Assembly (NCBI GenBank): GCA_001687465.1
Contig: LVLI01000359.1
Location: 1-64,000, forward strand
Direction: 5' to 3'
Length of the DNA: 64,000 bases
DNA from: Halocafeteria seosinensis
Lineage: Eukaryota
Positions 1-13,947 of the stretch are shown here, piece after piece. Numbering within the stretch: position 1 is the stretch's first letter; every line of letters begins with the position of its first letter. The position numbers and the translations under genes were made by a program. Under the pieces are notes generated by a model that was given only the letters and a program-made list of their open reading frames with translations, did no database searches and had not been told where the DNA came from.

Positions 1-1473
1 AACACAGTTCTAGGTGGAACTGGTATGCAGAACAAAATCTTCGTCCATGGAACACCGGGCACTGGAAAATCGACTACAATATGGACTGTAGTGTTGGAGT
101 GGCTGCGTAGCCATCCCAGCAGCAAGATGCTGTGGGTTCATTTCTTTAAGAGGCAGCCGCCGAGGATTGTATATGGTTATGTAGGAGAAGAGGACGTACA
201 TCTTACGGTCGCTAGTTGTAGTGTTAAGAAGGTGTGGGACATGGTGCAAAGAAGCCCTGCTGAAATTGTTGTCATAGACGCCGTAAATGAGATACCTGAT
301 AGCGAAACTTCAGCATTTACGGACGCTTGCTATTTGTGTAAGGCTGGGAAAACAGAATCAGGGCATGCCGTCATATTTGTTGGTTGCGGAAAGCTGGAAA
401 TGCCGAAAGCGGAAGAGAGCCAGAACTGCACTAGGTTCGAAATGGTTTCTTGGACTTTGGAAGACTTTTGTAGCGCTTGTATCCCCCCAGGTGAGGGTGG
501 GGCGAAATCGATCAACACTAAACTGTTTGATGATTATCAACAGAGTATCGTCATTGACTCGTTGGATCCAGGTGTGGGTGCTTTAGATACGCGAGAGGCG
601 GTCGAGACAGCTATCGAGCAGAAATTTTACTACTCTGGTGGTTCAGCAAGGTGGTTCTTTGAGACTTCCTCCCGCGATATCGAGAGTGTTGCGAACATGT
701 ATTCTGCCCGCCTTCCAAATTTTAGCGATTTCCTTATAGGTGGAGGGCCAAAATCTCCCAACAGTGTTACACATTTGTTGGGCTCGATTCGCTTACAGCA
801 TGACTCCAAAAGCATTCGCTATGGTATCATCAGCAAGCATGTCAGCGTGTTTCTCTTCGAGGCCCATGGGGATAAACTCATTGATAGCATTCAAGCCTTG
901 GCAAATTACATGGGAAACCCTGCGTTCGAAGGATGGATCATCGAAAGCGAGTTTATTAGGAGTAGTTTGAGGCAAGGAGAGTTGCCCTTACAGTGCTTTG
1001 ATGGACAAGGAAACTTGGTCGATAATTTTGTTTCGTTTCATCGCTCAAGAAAATGCTTTTTGAAAGATTTAGCAAAATATATCGAGCAGTGGCAAAGCAG
1101 CGAGGATAGATTTCTGTGGATTCCGGCCAAGTGGAATCAGGGATCGTATGATCTGTTCGTGTTGGAATGGGTCAAAGACGCAGAAGGAAATGTTATGACT
1201 CAAAATGGCAAGTCAGTAATTAGGATCGTATTCTATCAAGTAACAAGCGCTGTAAGACATTCGTTAAAGTCTTGGCATTGGAAGATAGCCATCAAAGTGT
1301 TAGAGGAAACAACATGGTACTACGTCTGTAACAAAGAGCGCATGGAAGTTGTTTTTGTACGTCCCGCAAGTTATGAACAGCCCAAAGTTGTCGCCGAAGA
1401 GGGCCAAAGAAGCGTCGCAGTCGATGTAAAGCACGCGTGCTACCAGTCGAAGTTCGCATTTACATTGTTATAG
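1..1473 (+). CDS. Crinkler (CRN)-type effector: P-loop NTPase followed by restriction-endonuclease-fold domain; probably 5'-truncated by the window edge
   Basis: Frame open from base 1 (first Met at 25). Walker A GTPGTGKS, Walker B-like VVIDA, SWTLEDF, KFYYSGGSARWFF, then GWIIESEF, WIPAKWNQGSYDLF and FYQVT..RHSLK, the motif order typical of CR-NTPase + CR-REase effectors. No introns seen. Confidence 0.8.
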   Translation, partial: NTVLGGTGMQNKIFVHGTPGTGKSTTIWTVVLEWLRSHPSSKMLWVHFFKRQPPRIVYGYVGEEDVHLTVASCSVKKVWDMVQRSPAEIVVIDAVNEIPDSETSAFTDACYLCKAGKTESGHAVIFVGCGKLEMPKAEESQNCTRFEMVSWTLEDFCSACIPPGEGGAKSINTKLFDDYQQSIVIDSLDPGVGALDTREAVETAIEQKFYYSGGSARWFFETSSRDIESVANMYSARLPNFSDFLIGGGPKSPNSVTHLLGSIRLQHDSKSIRYGIISKHVSVFLFEAHGDKLIDSIQALANYMGNPAFEGWIIESEFIRSSLRQGELPLQCFDGQGNLVDNFVSFHRSRKCFLKDLAKYIEQWQSSEDRFLWIPAKWNQGSYDLFVLEWVKDAEGNVMTQNGKSVIRIVFYQVTSAVRHSLKSWHWKIAIKVLEETTWYYVCNKERMEVVFVRPASYEQPKVVAEEGQRSVAVDVKHACYQSKFAFTLL

Positions 1474-1793
1474 ACCCTGCCTAACCCAACCAAAATGGAA
1501 ACGAAACTGACTTTCGTTCTTCCAATATATACACGAATCATCATAGCACACTGAATATATGGTATTCATCGACTTGTGCCCGGAGTCGCGCGAAAAGTTC
1601 AGCTCGTCCACTTTCCCCGGCCACTTGCTTGCATTGAGTCCCCAGGGCTCCTATGTGTGGTATGTCCAAAATGGGCAGACTATAAAATTTAGTGAAAGTA
1701 ATACAGCTACCAACTGAATTACTGTTTTACATTATAAAATGATGAAACCCTGTTCTAAACCTACTGTTTGGAAGTTTGAAACCAAAGGTATTT

Positions 1794-1811
1794 TATATAT
1801 ATATATATATA
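1794..1811. repeat. (TA)9 microsatellite
   Basis: tatatatatatatatata read directly. Confidence 0.9.
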
Positions 1812-1860
1812 TTGTATATGTGGACTTCGTAGAACTAAATACTGTAATGAGCCTCTATTG

Positions 1861-2006
1861 ATGGAAGGCTACCAAGAAAACACTACTTTAAACCGGTAAA
1901 GTGTCGCTTTTGTGATAAACAAATGAGGGAAACCAGTTATTTATATCATATGAAAATCTGTAAGAAGAGAGCATATATGAAAATGATGAGGAAGACCCAC
2001 CATTAA
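1861..2006 (+). pseudogene. Degenerate small zinc-finger ORF (C2HC-like)
   Basis: ATG 1861 gives MEGYQE; a frameshift in the A-run at 1877-1880 would join HYFKPVKCRFCDKQMRETSYLYHMKICKKRAYMKMMRKTHH* (stop 2004-2006), with CxxC..H..C spacing. Confidence 0.45.
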
Positions 2007-2057
2007 CACCGGTAAATTCTTATATAGATTTAATATATACATGTAGATTATTCAATA

Positions 2058-2248
2058 ATGGAGACTTCAGCAGCCCAGAAGAAAGCAATGAAAAAGTATT
2101 ACACCAACAACAGAGATAAAAAATTAATCAATACTCTAAGATTTATTATCACACCCTTTGGGGAGAGAATTTTAAGAGAACGGAAAACAACCAAAGATTA
2201 AGGAGAAGAGCACTTGTACAGTTGTACAATGTAGAAGTACAACAGTGA
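2058..2248 (+). pseudogene. Degenerate small basic helical ORF resembling short dsDNA-virus proteins
   Basis: ATG 2058: METSAAQKKAMKKYYTNNRDK; a frameshift in the A6 run at 2118-2123 continues INQYSKIYYHTLWGENFKRTENNQRLRRRALVQLYNVEVQQ* (stop 2246-2248). The unshifted frame stops at 2201. Confidence 0.45.
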
Positions 2249-2414
2249 CAAACAGTACGAATGTGATCTAACAAAACATGTACATTCCGTTTTTGGGAGT
2301 TCTCAAGTAATTACAGCAAAGATGGGATCGCACTCCCTCGTAACCCATGCTGATCCATAATGATCGAACTACAGGCATTACGTCTGTCGAATTGCGTAAC
2401 ACGAGAGTACAAAC

Positions 2415-5400
2415 TTATTCGTTGAACATGGCTGCCCCGCCAGCAAAAAAGTAAGCGCCTCGGTTGCCCAATTCTCTGGGAAGATCCTCAGGAATTTGAG
2501 TGTTTGAATTAAGGGTATGATTACTTCCCCCTATCATTTCACGACAACCAGGGCACTCTGACTCCATAATTGCACCGCCGCAGTCGCCAATGGCAAAGAG
2601 GTACCCACAATTCCCACAGGCATGCCAGTGTCCGGCGGAGAAGTCATTTCTGTTCTGCTCCGCTAGAGCCAACATAACCGCATGCACCTCTTCACGGGTG
2701 ATGCTATTTCCCCAAAGAAGGTTTTCAAGTTGCTCAACTTGCTCCTTCGCATTTTCCAATGCCTTTGGATCGTCCTTACCGGAAGTGCCAGAAACTGACC
2801 GTGCCGCCTGAGGAACGCTTTTGTTTTGCCTATCAGCCAGATCACACAAACTGCGAAGTTGCAACAGATATGAATCTAGTTGGATTTTGCGACAAGTGCC
2901 CTCTACGTTATCCTTGGTCGCGATGGATTGGCGTAGTAATTTAAGAAGATTGTCTCGTTCTTTCTTCCTTTTGGCCCCCACATATCTTGAGAGTGTCAGT
3001 CCGTGCAGAGCCGTCCCCAACAGCTTAGCATTAATATTTATACTACTGATATACTCTTCAGGCCAGGTTTGAAGGTCCTTTGGAAGCTTTTGCATACTCT
3101 GGTTCACCTTAACGGAAAGTTCATCGCACGACTTCAACCGATGTGCTGCATACCCTTCTGGCAGAGACGGCGGTACATTCTCCTCCTTCAGTTCGTCAAG
3201 TTTTCCCAAAAGCGTTTGCCTTGCCCGTTCTGCTTCTATTTCACGCTCTTTGGCCCCCGCTTTAATAACTTCTTTAACTCTGTCAACTTGTGCACTAGCT
3301 TGCTTAATGTATTCTTGGTATCGATATACACTGTGCAAAGGAGCTCTGCAGAAATTCTGCATGCACACCGGCAACTGAACATCGTGACGCTCAGTTTTTT
3401 TCGAGGATTCCAACAAATACCCATAGTGGGATTTCATATACATATCGAAGGCAGTAGCGCTGAACACATGTCCACAATCAGCAGCAACAAACAACTGATC
3501 TTCATCCTCATCCAGTTCATCTCCTAATATTTCTTGTACATGCTCTGTTCGTTTGCATTCGAAGCAAACGTCGGGGCATGTTTCACCACAAAACCCGCGA
3601 CACCGATGACCACACGATAACCGTTTTTCGCATCTATATTCACAAGGACTCCTGTCGCATAGTTCATAGCAAAGCTTTGAGCATCGTTGATGAGGGCATT
3701 GCCAAGCACACTTTTCACGACAGGGAGTGCACACCTCGCTACATGGATGTTCACAGTGGCTATGCACACATCGGCGGGTGCATGTTTTGGGGCAAGGTGG
3801 ACAAGCGGACGTGCACAAATGCTCGCACGTATGGTTGCATATAAGCTTCCTTCCACATTTTTGTCTACACGGTGCATGTCTGTCCGGGTGGCAAATGCCG
3901 CACTTGCCGGTGCACTGGTGTCCACACTCTAGTATTTCCCTGCACTGCTCAGTACAAACGATCGTTCTGTTGTTACGCTCACAACACTTTACTTCCTTAG
4001 AATGACCACACTTAAGCTGCATAGTAACGCGCTTCGAGCAATCTTTTGCGCTAACACATGATTGCCAACAGAAACGAGGGCAACTGTGACCACATTGCAA
4101 CACCTGTCCACACCTCTCAGTGCAACGGATGCTATCGTGGTCGGTTAAGTGACACGATAATTTACAGGCATGCCCTGCAAGAACATTCATGACATGATAA
4201 GCTAGGCGTGGTAGACATATGGATGAAAACATAAACACCACTTACCACATGCAAGTCTAGCTCCGCATCGCCTATTGCAGCCCCCATTGGGAACTTTAGA
4301 TAAGAAGTCTGCAGGTTGCTTGAGCAGCGATATCGACCCTTCGGCACTATGTCGTGGGCACGATACAGGCAATGCATCCCCTATATACCCTCGGTCTTCG
4401 GCTTTGGAGCATATGCTTTGCCAAAAAGCGGAGTATTCTCTCAATCTGTCGAAATTTCCTAAGACATACATATTCAGCCGGGCACGACTGAGGGCCACAT
4501 TGACCCGATTGTCTTTATTGAGAAAACCAATGCCTTTCTTTTTCTCTTTACTTTCACTTCGAACGCATGATAAAATTATACAGTCTGCTTCTTCTCCCTG
4601 CGGACAAAAGGGAGCAATAATTTATGTAAAAGTAAGCGAAGATATGGGGTCAAGCATTCCTTACCTGGAAAGAATCCAGAACAGCCACTTTTACGTGCCG
4701 CAGATCACCGGCCTTCACATGGTTACCTTTGCAAACGTCGTCTCGAATCCTCTTGAGAGCCAGATGTTGGTCGACGTATGGAGTTACTATAGTCACTCTG
4801 GCCGGGACAACCCCTCGCTGAAGTACGAGGAGCGCCATGTGGATGGCCAATTGCGCCTCTTGCTCATTGCATTTGCCATTAGGAGTGATTGGTTTCGATT
4901 CATGGTATGTGTGCTTAAGAAACCACATATTTGGTAAGCCAGGCACCAGCTTCGGTCGGCCACGACAAGATTCATGGTCAACCAGTTCCCTATAATACAG
5001 ACGGATTATGTCTGCAAATTCCGGGCGCATCCGGCGCTGAGTCAGTATGCACTCATGTGGATACCCACCCTCAATCAGTCTCTCAAACATGCTGACGTCG
5101 AGAAAATGGCATCGTTGCAACTCGTACGTAGCCGGAGCCGGGCGTAACTGTTTGTGATCCCCAATCAACACCATTTGGTCCGGCCGCATGGACAGCATTG
5201 CTGTAAGATCAGCTTCTAGTACCTCTGCAGCCTCCTCAACAATAATTACGCTAGGCTTCGCTAGTAACAACAAATCAGATCTTCGGGCAGCACCGTTTAT
5301 TGTTGCCGCAATGACGTCGACCTTGCTCAGTACTTCGGCATCACGGTGTACCTGGTACTGTTCAAGCTCCCCTAACAAGTGTAAGAACCTCTGAGTCAGT

Positions 5401-8400
5401 TGGCAAAATGCAACTTTTTCTATCTCCGTAAAAAGAGAAACGAAGCCAACTGCTAAGAGATCTCTGTCATCTTCGGGCTGTCCGAGTAGCCACTCTAAGT
5501 TCGCCTTCGCTCGTTCGGGTTGAGGGCTGAGCTCCTCATACGCTAGCTGGTACAAGCGGTCCATATCCCGTTTACTCCTGCTTTGCCGAATCTTCTTGTT
5601 AAGTGCTTTCATTCGCTGCTGCTGTACCTTTTTTGTCTCCTTCGGAGAGCGGACTGTTTGCCATTCGTTAGAGTCCGTATTTGAAGCCGTTTCGTAGTTG
5701 ACTGAGCTTCCAGCTTGGTGCTCGACACTTTCATAAGGACCTGAGGGAGAGGGAAACGGAAGCGTTTCTTCAGATGCTCCATACGTTTCACTGAATTCAT
5801 CTTCCTCATCAGATGTGGAAGCGGCTTCTTCATCGTCTAAGTCCTCCACATCCTCAGCATCACAATGTCGCAGAGAATTTGCAAATTCTTCCCCCTTCCG
5901 TTCCACACTAGGACCAGGAACTTTTTCCACCTTCTCGTTTATGGAGAGCAATGCATACAGAAATTCCCTAGGATCTTTGTAGCAGTTCTCAGGTACACTC
6001 TTAGACAGCACTTTAATCGAAGACACGATCACAGTAAACACCGTCCGTATGAGTCCCATGTATTCATCCAGGTAAACACTGCTTCCCTCCGAATTCTCCA
6101 CAATCTGCAGGTTAGTTCGCGGTAGCAGGCGGCTATAGACGCTCAAACTTTGCTCCGAAAATAACGACTTGACATCTTCTTCAAGTGTATCGAACGCAAG
6201 CTTAAAAGTTCCGAGACACAAGGCATTACCCGGAAGCAGTCTTTCGTAGTGTTTGACCAATCGGTCAGAAACTTTGTTTTTCTCTTTTATAAGAGCCCAT
6301 TCGGGTCTCAGATTCTCAATTGACGGTTTGGATAGTTCAAGTTGCAAACGTTCTTTAGCATCCCTCAAGCTTAGACGCGATAGCCTTTCTTCTTTGCTTT
6401 GCGAACCAAGTCGAACGATGTTAGTGGTGCCATGGTCTAAAATCTGCGTCGTGAACTGATCGACGGCGTGATTAGTCTTTGTAATAAGAAGAATTGGCCT
6501 ATCCTGCAAAAGAGTTTTCTTATTTTCCAGGAGAAATTGTACATACTGACTCCCTAAGAACGTTTTGCCCGTGCCCGGAGGTCCCTGAACTAAAGAAAGT
6601 TTCGAGTTCAGCAAGTAATGAAATGCTTTTTGCTGGGTTTCGTCCAAAGATAGGCGGCAGTTCTGTCCCGACATGCTGGGAACAGTTTCTGGTAGAGCAT
6701 TTCCTATTCTCCATTGCGTCCGCCTAATAGTTTCTGCTCGGTGGCTGTCCTCCTCTCCAAGGTGCTTATTCAATATATCTGCATTCGAAAGACGCTGCTC
6801 CTCAACAGGTAAGTTTCTTCTCATTGACGCAATCCGGTCTTCCTGTGCGCTAATGGCTTGACGTTTTGTGCGTTCAGTCATGCCATATAAAGTTGCGATG
6901 TTAAGATACTTCCCTCTGCTATTCTCCAAGAAACCAGGGGGCGACGGTTGCTTCGTCGGGCGAATTAACGTCTCGGATATGTCAGGCAGCCCTTCCAGGG
7001 TTTCCTCCATATTCTTCAGTTGAGTTAGTGTGTGGCGGTAGCTTTCAAAGAAAACAGGACACTCTATCACTGAAAATTCTTCCGCTACGTTGGGGTACAA
7101 CGGGAAAAACTCCCCGTTGCTCTTGTATACCTGCGCATGCAACTGGCATTCCTTAGAAAAGTCCCCAACCCACGTTACAATAGCCCAAACAATATCTTCA
7201 TCGCTTTTAAATCTGGATGAATACGACAAGCACAACAAGCTTCCAGTGCGGAACGCTTTACGACTGGAGAATTGGCAGAGTCGTTTAACCAGAGGCTGCT
7301 CCCTATCCAGTTGCAAAACACACGCGAATCTTTTGAATTGTACCTTCACGTCGACAACTTGTACTCGCATGAAGACTTTGATGCGCTCTTGCTGAAACTG
7401 CTGCTCCCACCGTGAAGAATCAAACTGTTCTTGTATGCGCCGCACTCGAGTTATCGTCTCGCGAAACTGCCAGACGTAGTCTTGTCTTAAGAGACGAAAG
7501 TGTGTGTCGAGGTAATGGGCAATGGACCGGAAATTCTGACAGTTCTGTGGAACAATCGGACACTGGTCCTGTAATTCTTCGTAAGAGGGAAACAGTCGAA
7601 CGCTCTTATAAAGCTGAAGTGAATACGTCGGTGGGGGCTGATTGATGGGTAGTTCTGAGCAAGTTTTCTCGTTCGTCGGCTCAGTTGGTGTTTGAGGAGC
7701 CGAGACTTCCACTTGCTTGTACATGTATCGCATGTTCAGATCCATCAGCTCGATAAAACGTACATAAACCGTAGACGGGTCAACTCGATCGGCAGGCTGG
7801 TGTGCTTTGAGACAAGCGATGGGATTCGGCATCGACAGTTGTTCAACAGTAGTACAGTCGAAGTCGTAAAGTTCCTGATAAACATTTAAGGGGTCATTAC
7901 CATTACTGCTGAGTAACGATTGACTCAATTTTTCTATCTGTTGGTATTCCAGTACGCTCGCGTCCAAAGGCTTCGAGTCAAAAGCGGTGCATAGTTTCCT
8001 AGTCTGTCGGCTATACCACACCCGAGTTTCGGCTACAAGAGGCTGATGTTCCATCATTTTTCCCTTAGCAGTACATGCCATCGCCTCCAACAACTCAGCC
8101 GTATCGATACGCAGCATTAGAAATAACACAGTGAGCGCCCTATGACTTTGGGGATTTTCTTCCATGCTTTCAAGAACGAAGGACCGAAAACTTCGAATCG
8201 CATAGACGTAGCTTTCTAAGCTCCTCAAGTGCGTACGAAGGTATTGCCGCGCTCTTCTCAGATTGGGGTCACTTAGATCATTACATAAGGCACTTGCAAG
8301 TATCTTCAAGTTCTCACATCGGTTTCTGCACTCGACCCCTAAGGGGAGGATACAACGGAGTCGTTGCTCCAGTTGGTGAAGAGGGCATCCGATCATATTT

Positions 8401-8684
8401 CCGACTTCATTCAACAATTGATCACACGATTCGACTGGGAAGTTGCGGGAACGACCTCTATGTCCATTGTGCATCCCACCTCTGTTGGAGCCTCTTCCTC
8501 GTCCTCTACCTCGTCCTCTCTCAGGGCTCCCGCCTCCTGGCGGTGCTCTTGCCGGAGACGAGCCACTGTTGGTGGTATTCCGATGCGACGGTCCGCTCCC
8601 CCGTCCTCTCCCTCTGTTCTCTTGTTGAGAGCGAGGCGATGGTGTACTAGCATGGGGTTTTCCTCTTCCTCGAGGAGACGGCAT
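2415..8684 (-). CDS. ZNFX1: NFX1-type zinc finger-containing protein 1 (ZNFX1)-like: UPF1-like SF1 RNA helicase, NF-X1 zinc-finger array, RING-like segment, C-terminal RZ finger; about 2043 aa
   Basis: Exons 8684-4665, 4597-4246, 4174-2415 (GT-AG introns of 67 and 71 nt, frames join). Motifs HYLDTHFRLLRQD, QGPPGTGKT, TNHAVDQF, VEEAAEV, LIGDHKQLRP, QRRMRP, DSFQGEEAD, NVALSRAR; repeated LxCGHxCxxxC fingers; GHWHACGNCGYLFAIGDCGGAIMESECPGC..IGGSNH. N-terminal RG-rich tail. Confidence 0.92.
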
Positions 8685-9036
8685 CTTTTCGCCTCTTTCA
8701 AACGAGCAAAAACTTACTCTCTTTCTTTCGTATTCGTTCTATTTTCTTCTCTTGGTGGTCGCTCTTCTTCTAATTTCATTTCCTGTGCTTGTATGAAGCC
8801 GGAAACGACAAACCCATGGATTCTTCCGACTGTAGATGTCCCGGTGCCTAAGCTCGCCAGCAGAAATTTCGCCCTGCCCGAGCGGAAAGCCACCCGCGAC
8901 CAAGGCTCGGGGAAATGTCTTGTCCCGCGCCTTCCCGACCGATGCGGAACATGTAATTGTTGGATTCCAGTACTTTGTAAAGAGTAAGTGTAAAGCAGAC
9001 GATGATGCCAAAGAACGCATCAAAGGAGGTCAAGAG

Positions 9037-11190
9037 CTAGTGAGTGTCGTCGTTCGCTGAAGCATTTCGAGATCCCTCTGAAGTACGCTGCCGCAGAGAT
9101 GGTAACTCGATCTCTCCAAGCGCGCTAGTTATTGACGGTGCAGCCCTCTCCGTCGGATGAGTAGTAGAGTCCTCGCTAGAGACGACAGTATTGCCGGTGT
9201 GTACCCAGTGAAATCCATTGTGGCACTTCTTGTGGAACCATTTGCGTCCATACTGCCCCACAACGTGTTCTGGGCTACAGCAGTGGAAAATCCTGTGTTT
9301 TCCATAAGACACTAAAAACGGTGAGGTGGAGCAGCCTGTCATTCCTTTCCACTTACAAAATTGCAACGATAAGCAGATAGCACCCTGCTCCCAGTACTCC
9401 AAACAAAATGTCAAGCCGATGTGTACACTCACCGGATATTCGATGAACATTTCCTTCACTGTCAGCCGTCAAGATTCCCCATCGAACAAAGGCAGGAGAC
9501 ACAATTGGACCGGGTACCTGAGCATCCCATAATTTGTAAAGCTTGTAACTCCATATGTCAAGTGAAAAGGCAATGACTTGGCCGTTACTCTGTTATAACC
9601 CAAACCAAACAAAAATGGGCCAGAAGGGAAAATAAACAGTGTGCGCTACGCAGTAAGCACCGAGACAACTTACCAGTACGATCAGGACAGTGTTGTCTTG
9701 CGGAACAAAGAGTGGTCCCCAGATCACGCGTGCATTTGGTTGCAGAGTCGCTAGCCATTCAAGTCTTGCAGAGTGCCCTGTAAGAGCGACCTTGAAATTC
9801 AGTAGGTTTCCGCCTGACGTACCAATCAGTAAATGTGAAACTGTACGTAGTACTGGAGAACTGAAGACGTCACCCGAAAGACCATATATTGCGTGGGTGG
9901 AAAATGTCGGAGGCGACGACGCATTGAACTCAGCCTGCATCCTGAAGAGACGGCTAATTCGATTGGGAAAGCCCGGTAGAACTTCATTTGCAACAGCCGA
10001 GAGAGCGGAATGGAAAGGGTTCCAGCTCATTGGGGTGCTCACAGAATCGACTAGTTGGAAATCACGAGACTCGAGAAGGTTCCAGAAAGATAAGTCAATA
10101 CAAGAATGACCAAAGCCTTTTGTGGTTGAGTTTAGTACCAAGATGTTCTGCAACTCGAGGTGCAAGCGTTGCTATCCAACACGACTGATTCCCGTGCTTT
10201 TCGTACCTTATCACGATCAGCGAAAAACAACAGATCCCAATGTTCGTTGGACCCCAATGTAACTGGGATCTCAACAGCAGAGGGATGATCACATGACCAT
10301 CTTTTGCTTCTGCAACCAAGGAATGAAAAGCGCAGCTCATTCGGAACGCAAGAATAGCATGTTTACGTCGCCACCTACCCGGAATTTCCATCGACAGAAA
10401 CAACAAAGTATGTATCCAAGTTGGAATCAAAAACTGTTGTGAAAATGAGGCCCCGTGCGAGCTGCAGATCAGTCATTATACTGCCACCAAGGTTCGAATT
10501 CCACAGTACTGCACCGGTGTCAGCATCCAAGGCTATAATACTTCCGTTGGATAGCCTGCCGCAAGAAGAGAATGAACAAGCTTATTTAACAACTTTTTTT
10601 CCTTCATTGGCGATTAGAATTTTGCTTACGCCGTATAGAATCTCTTTTGCTCATCATCCACTGCTGGGTTGTGGACCGGTCGAACAGCAAGATCGGTCGT
10701 CCATCGATGTTTGCCTCCATCGCAAGCTGATGCCGAAATGGACACAGCACGTCTATCATCAGTCGTGTAGTAAGCCTGTAACAACAAGAGAAAACATCTG
10801 AAGGATCAATTGCATATGACTCTTCGAAACTCCACCTACTGCATCCAAACGGGGTGCTCCTACGATTCCCCCAATGATTCTCGATTCGCCAGCATTTTCG
10901 TCCTTGTATGTCCAAACGACTCCTCCTTGTCGAACCGAGTTCTCATAGGGAATGTCGTGTTCTGATAGAAAAACTTGATTCCTACTTCCATGACATCCTG
11001 TTTGAGTCCACGCATTACATGCTGCTCCGTAGTTTATCAACGCAATAAAATTATTGAGATCCACCTGACTGCGTTCACTATCCTCATCGCCTTCGGCTTG
11101 CTCCGAACGAACTTGGGACACTGAGAACGCTGTCAACGAGCTTAATACAAGCAAGACAGCTAGAGGAGTTCGCCTCGAAGACGCCGACAT
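9037..11190 (-). CDS. Type I membrane protein with signal peptide and PQQ/BamB-like beta-propeller ectodomain
   Basis: Hand splicing of about 7 exons gives signal peptide (PLAVLLVLSSLTAFS), propeller blades such as FYTALSNGSIIALDADTGAVLWNSNLGG, SNGQVIAFSLD and ILTADSEGNVHRI, a TM helix ILFGVLGAGCYLLIVAILIF and a short tail ending NDDTH* at 9037. First donor (10830 vs 10839) uncertain. Confidence 0.7.
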
Positions 11191-11597
11191 CGGGTGCCAA
11201 CTTCAACGAACCTCCGGTATACACTATACATGAGCCAATCTCTCCACTCCAAAGCATAGGATTACTCTTTTATACCAAGATATAGGCATACAAACAACTC
11301 GATGACTTGTAAATGCGGTTCACGGAGAGGCGTATACGGCTCCCAGAAAACCTCAACCTTTGTTTGTTCTGTTTCTGAGCTCTTCCTCCATTGCCATCCA
11401 ACACCCCCGAGATAGAGAAAGCCATTGCATAGGATAGTGTGTGATATACCTTTGGACGAACCGCAGTATTGGTATCTCTCGGAAAAACTAGCGAGAAAGG
11501 GGAGATTTCAGTCTCTTTTGGGCTTTGTGAGTCTGAGAGTCGTGTCAGTTCGACCTCTGTATACACTACATACGTCTTGTTCTCCTCATCTAGCACC

Positions 11598-13947
<2,350 letters not shown>

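Larger units (their letters stand above)
1681..2300. mobile_element. AT-rich island with decayed virus-like small ORFs (candidate relic of an endogenous virophage/Polinton-like or other dsDNA virus)
   Basis: Hand count 167 G+C in 540 nt (about 31%) over 1681-2220, well below the flanks. Two short co-oriented frameshifted ORFs, each preceded by TATATA-rich spacers. No integrase, polymerase, capsid, TIR or TSD visible. Confidence 0.45.
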
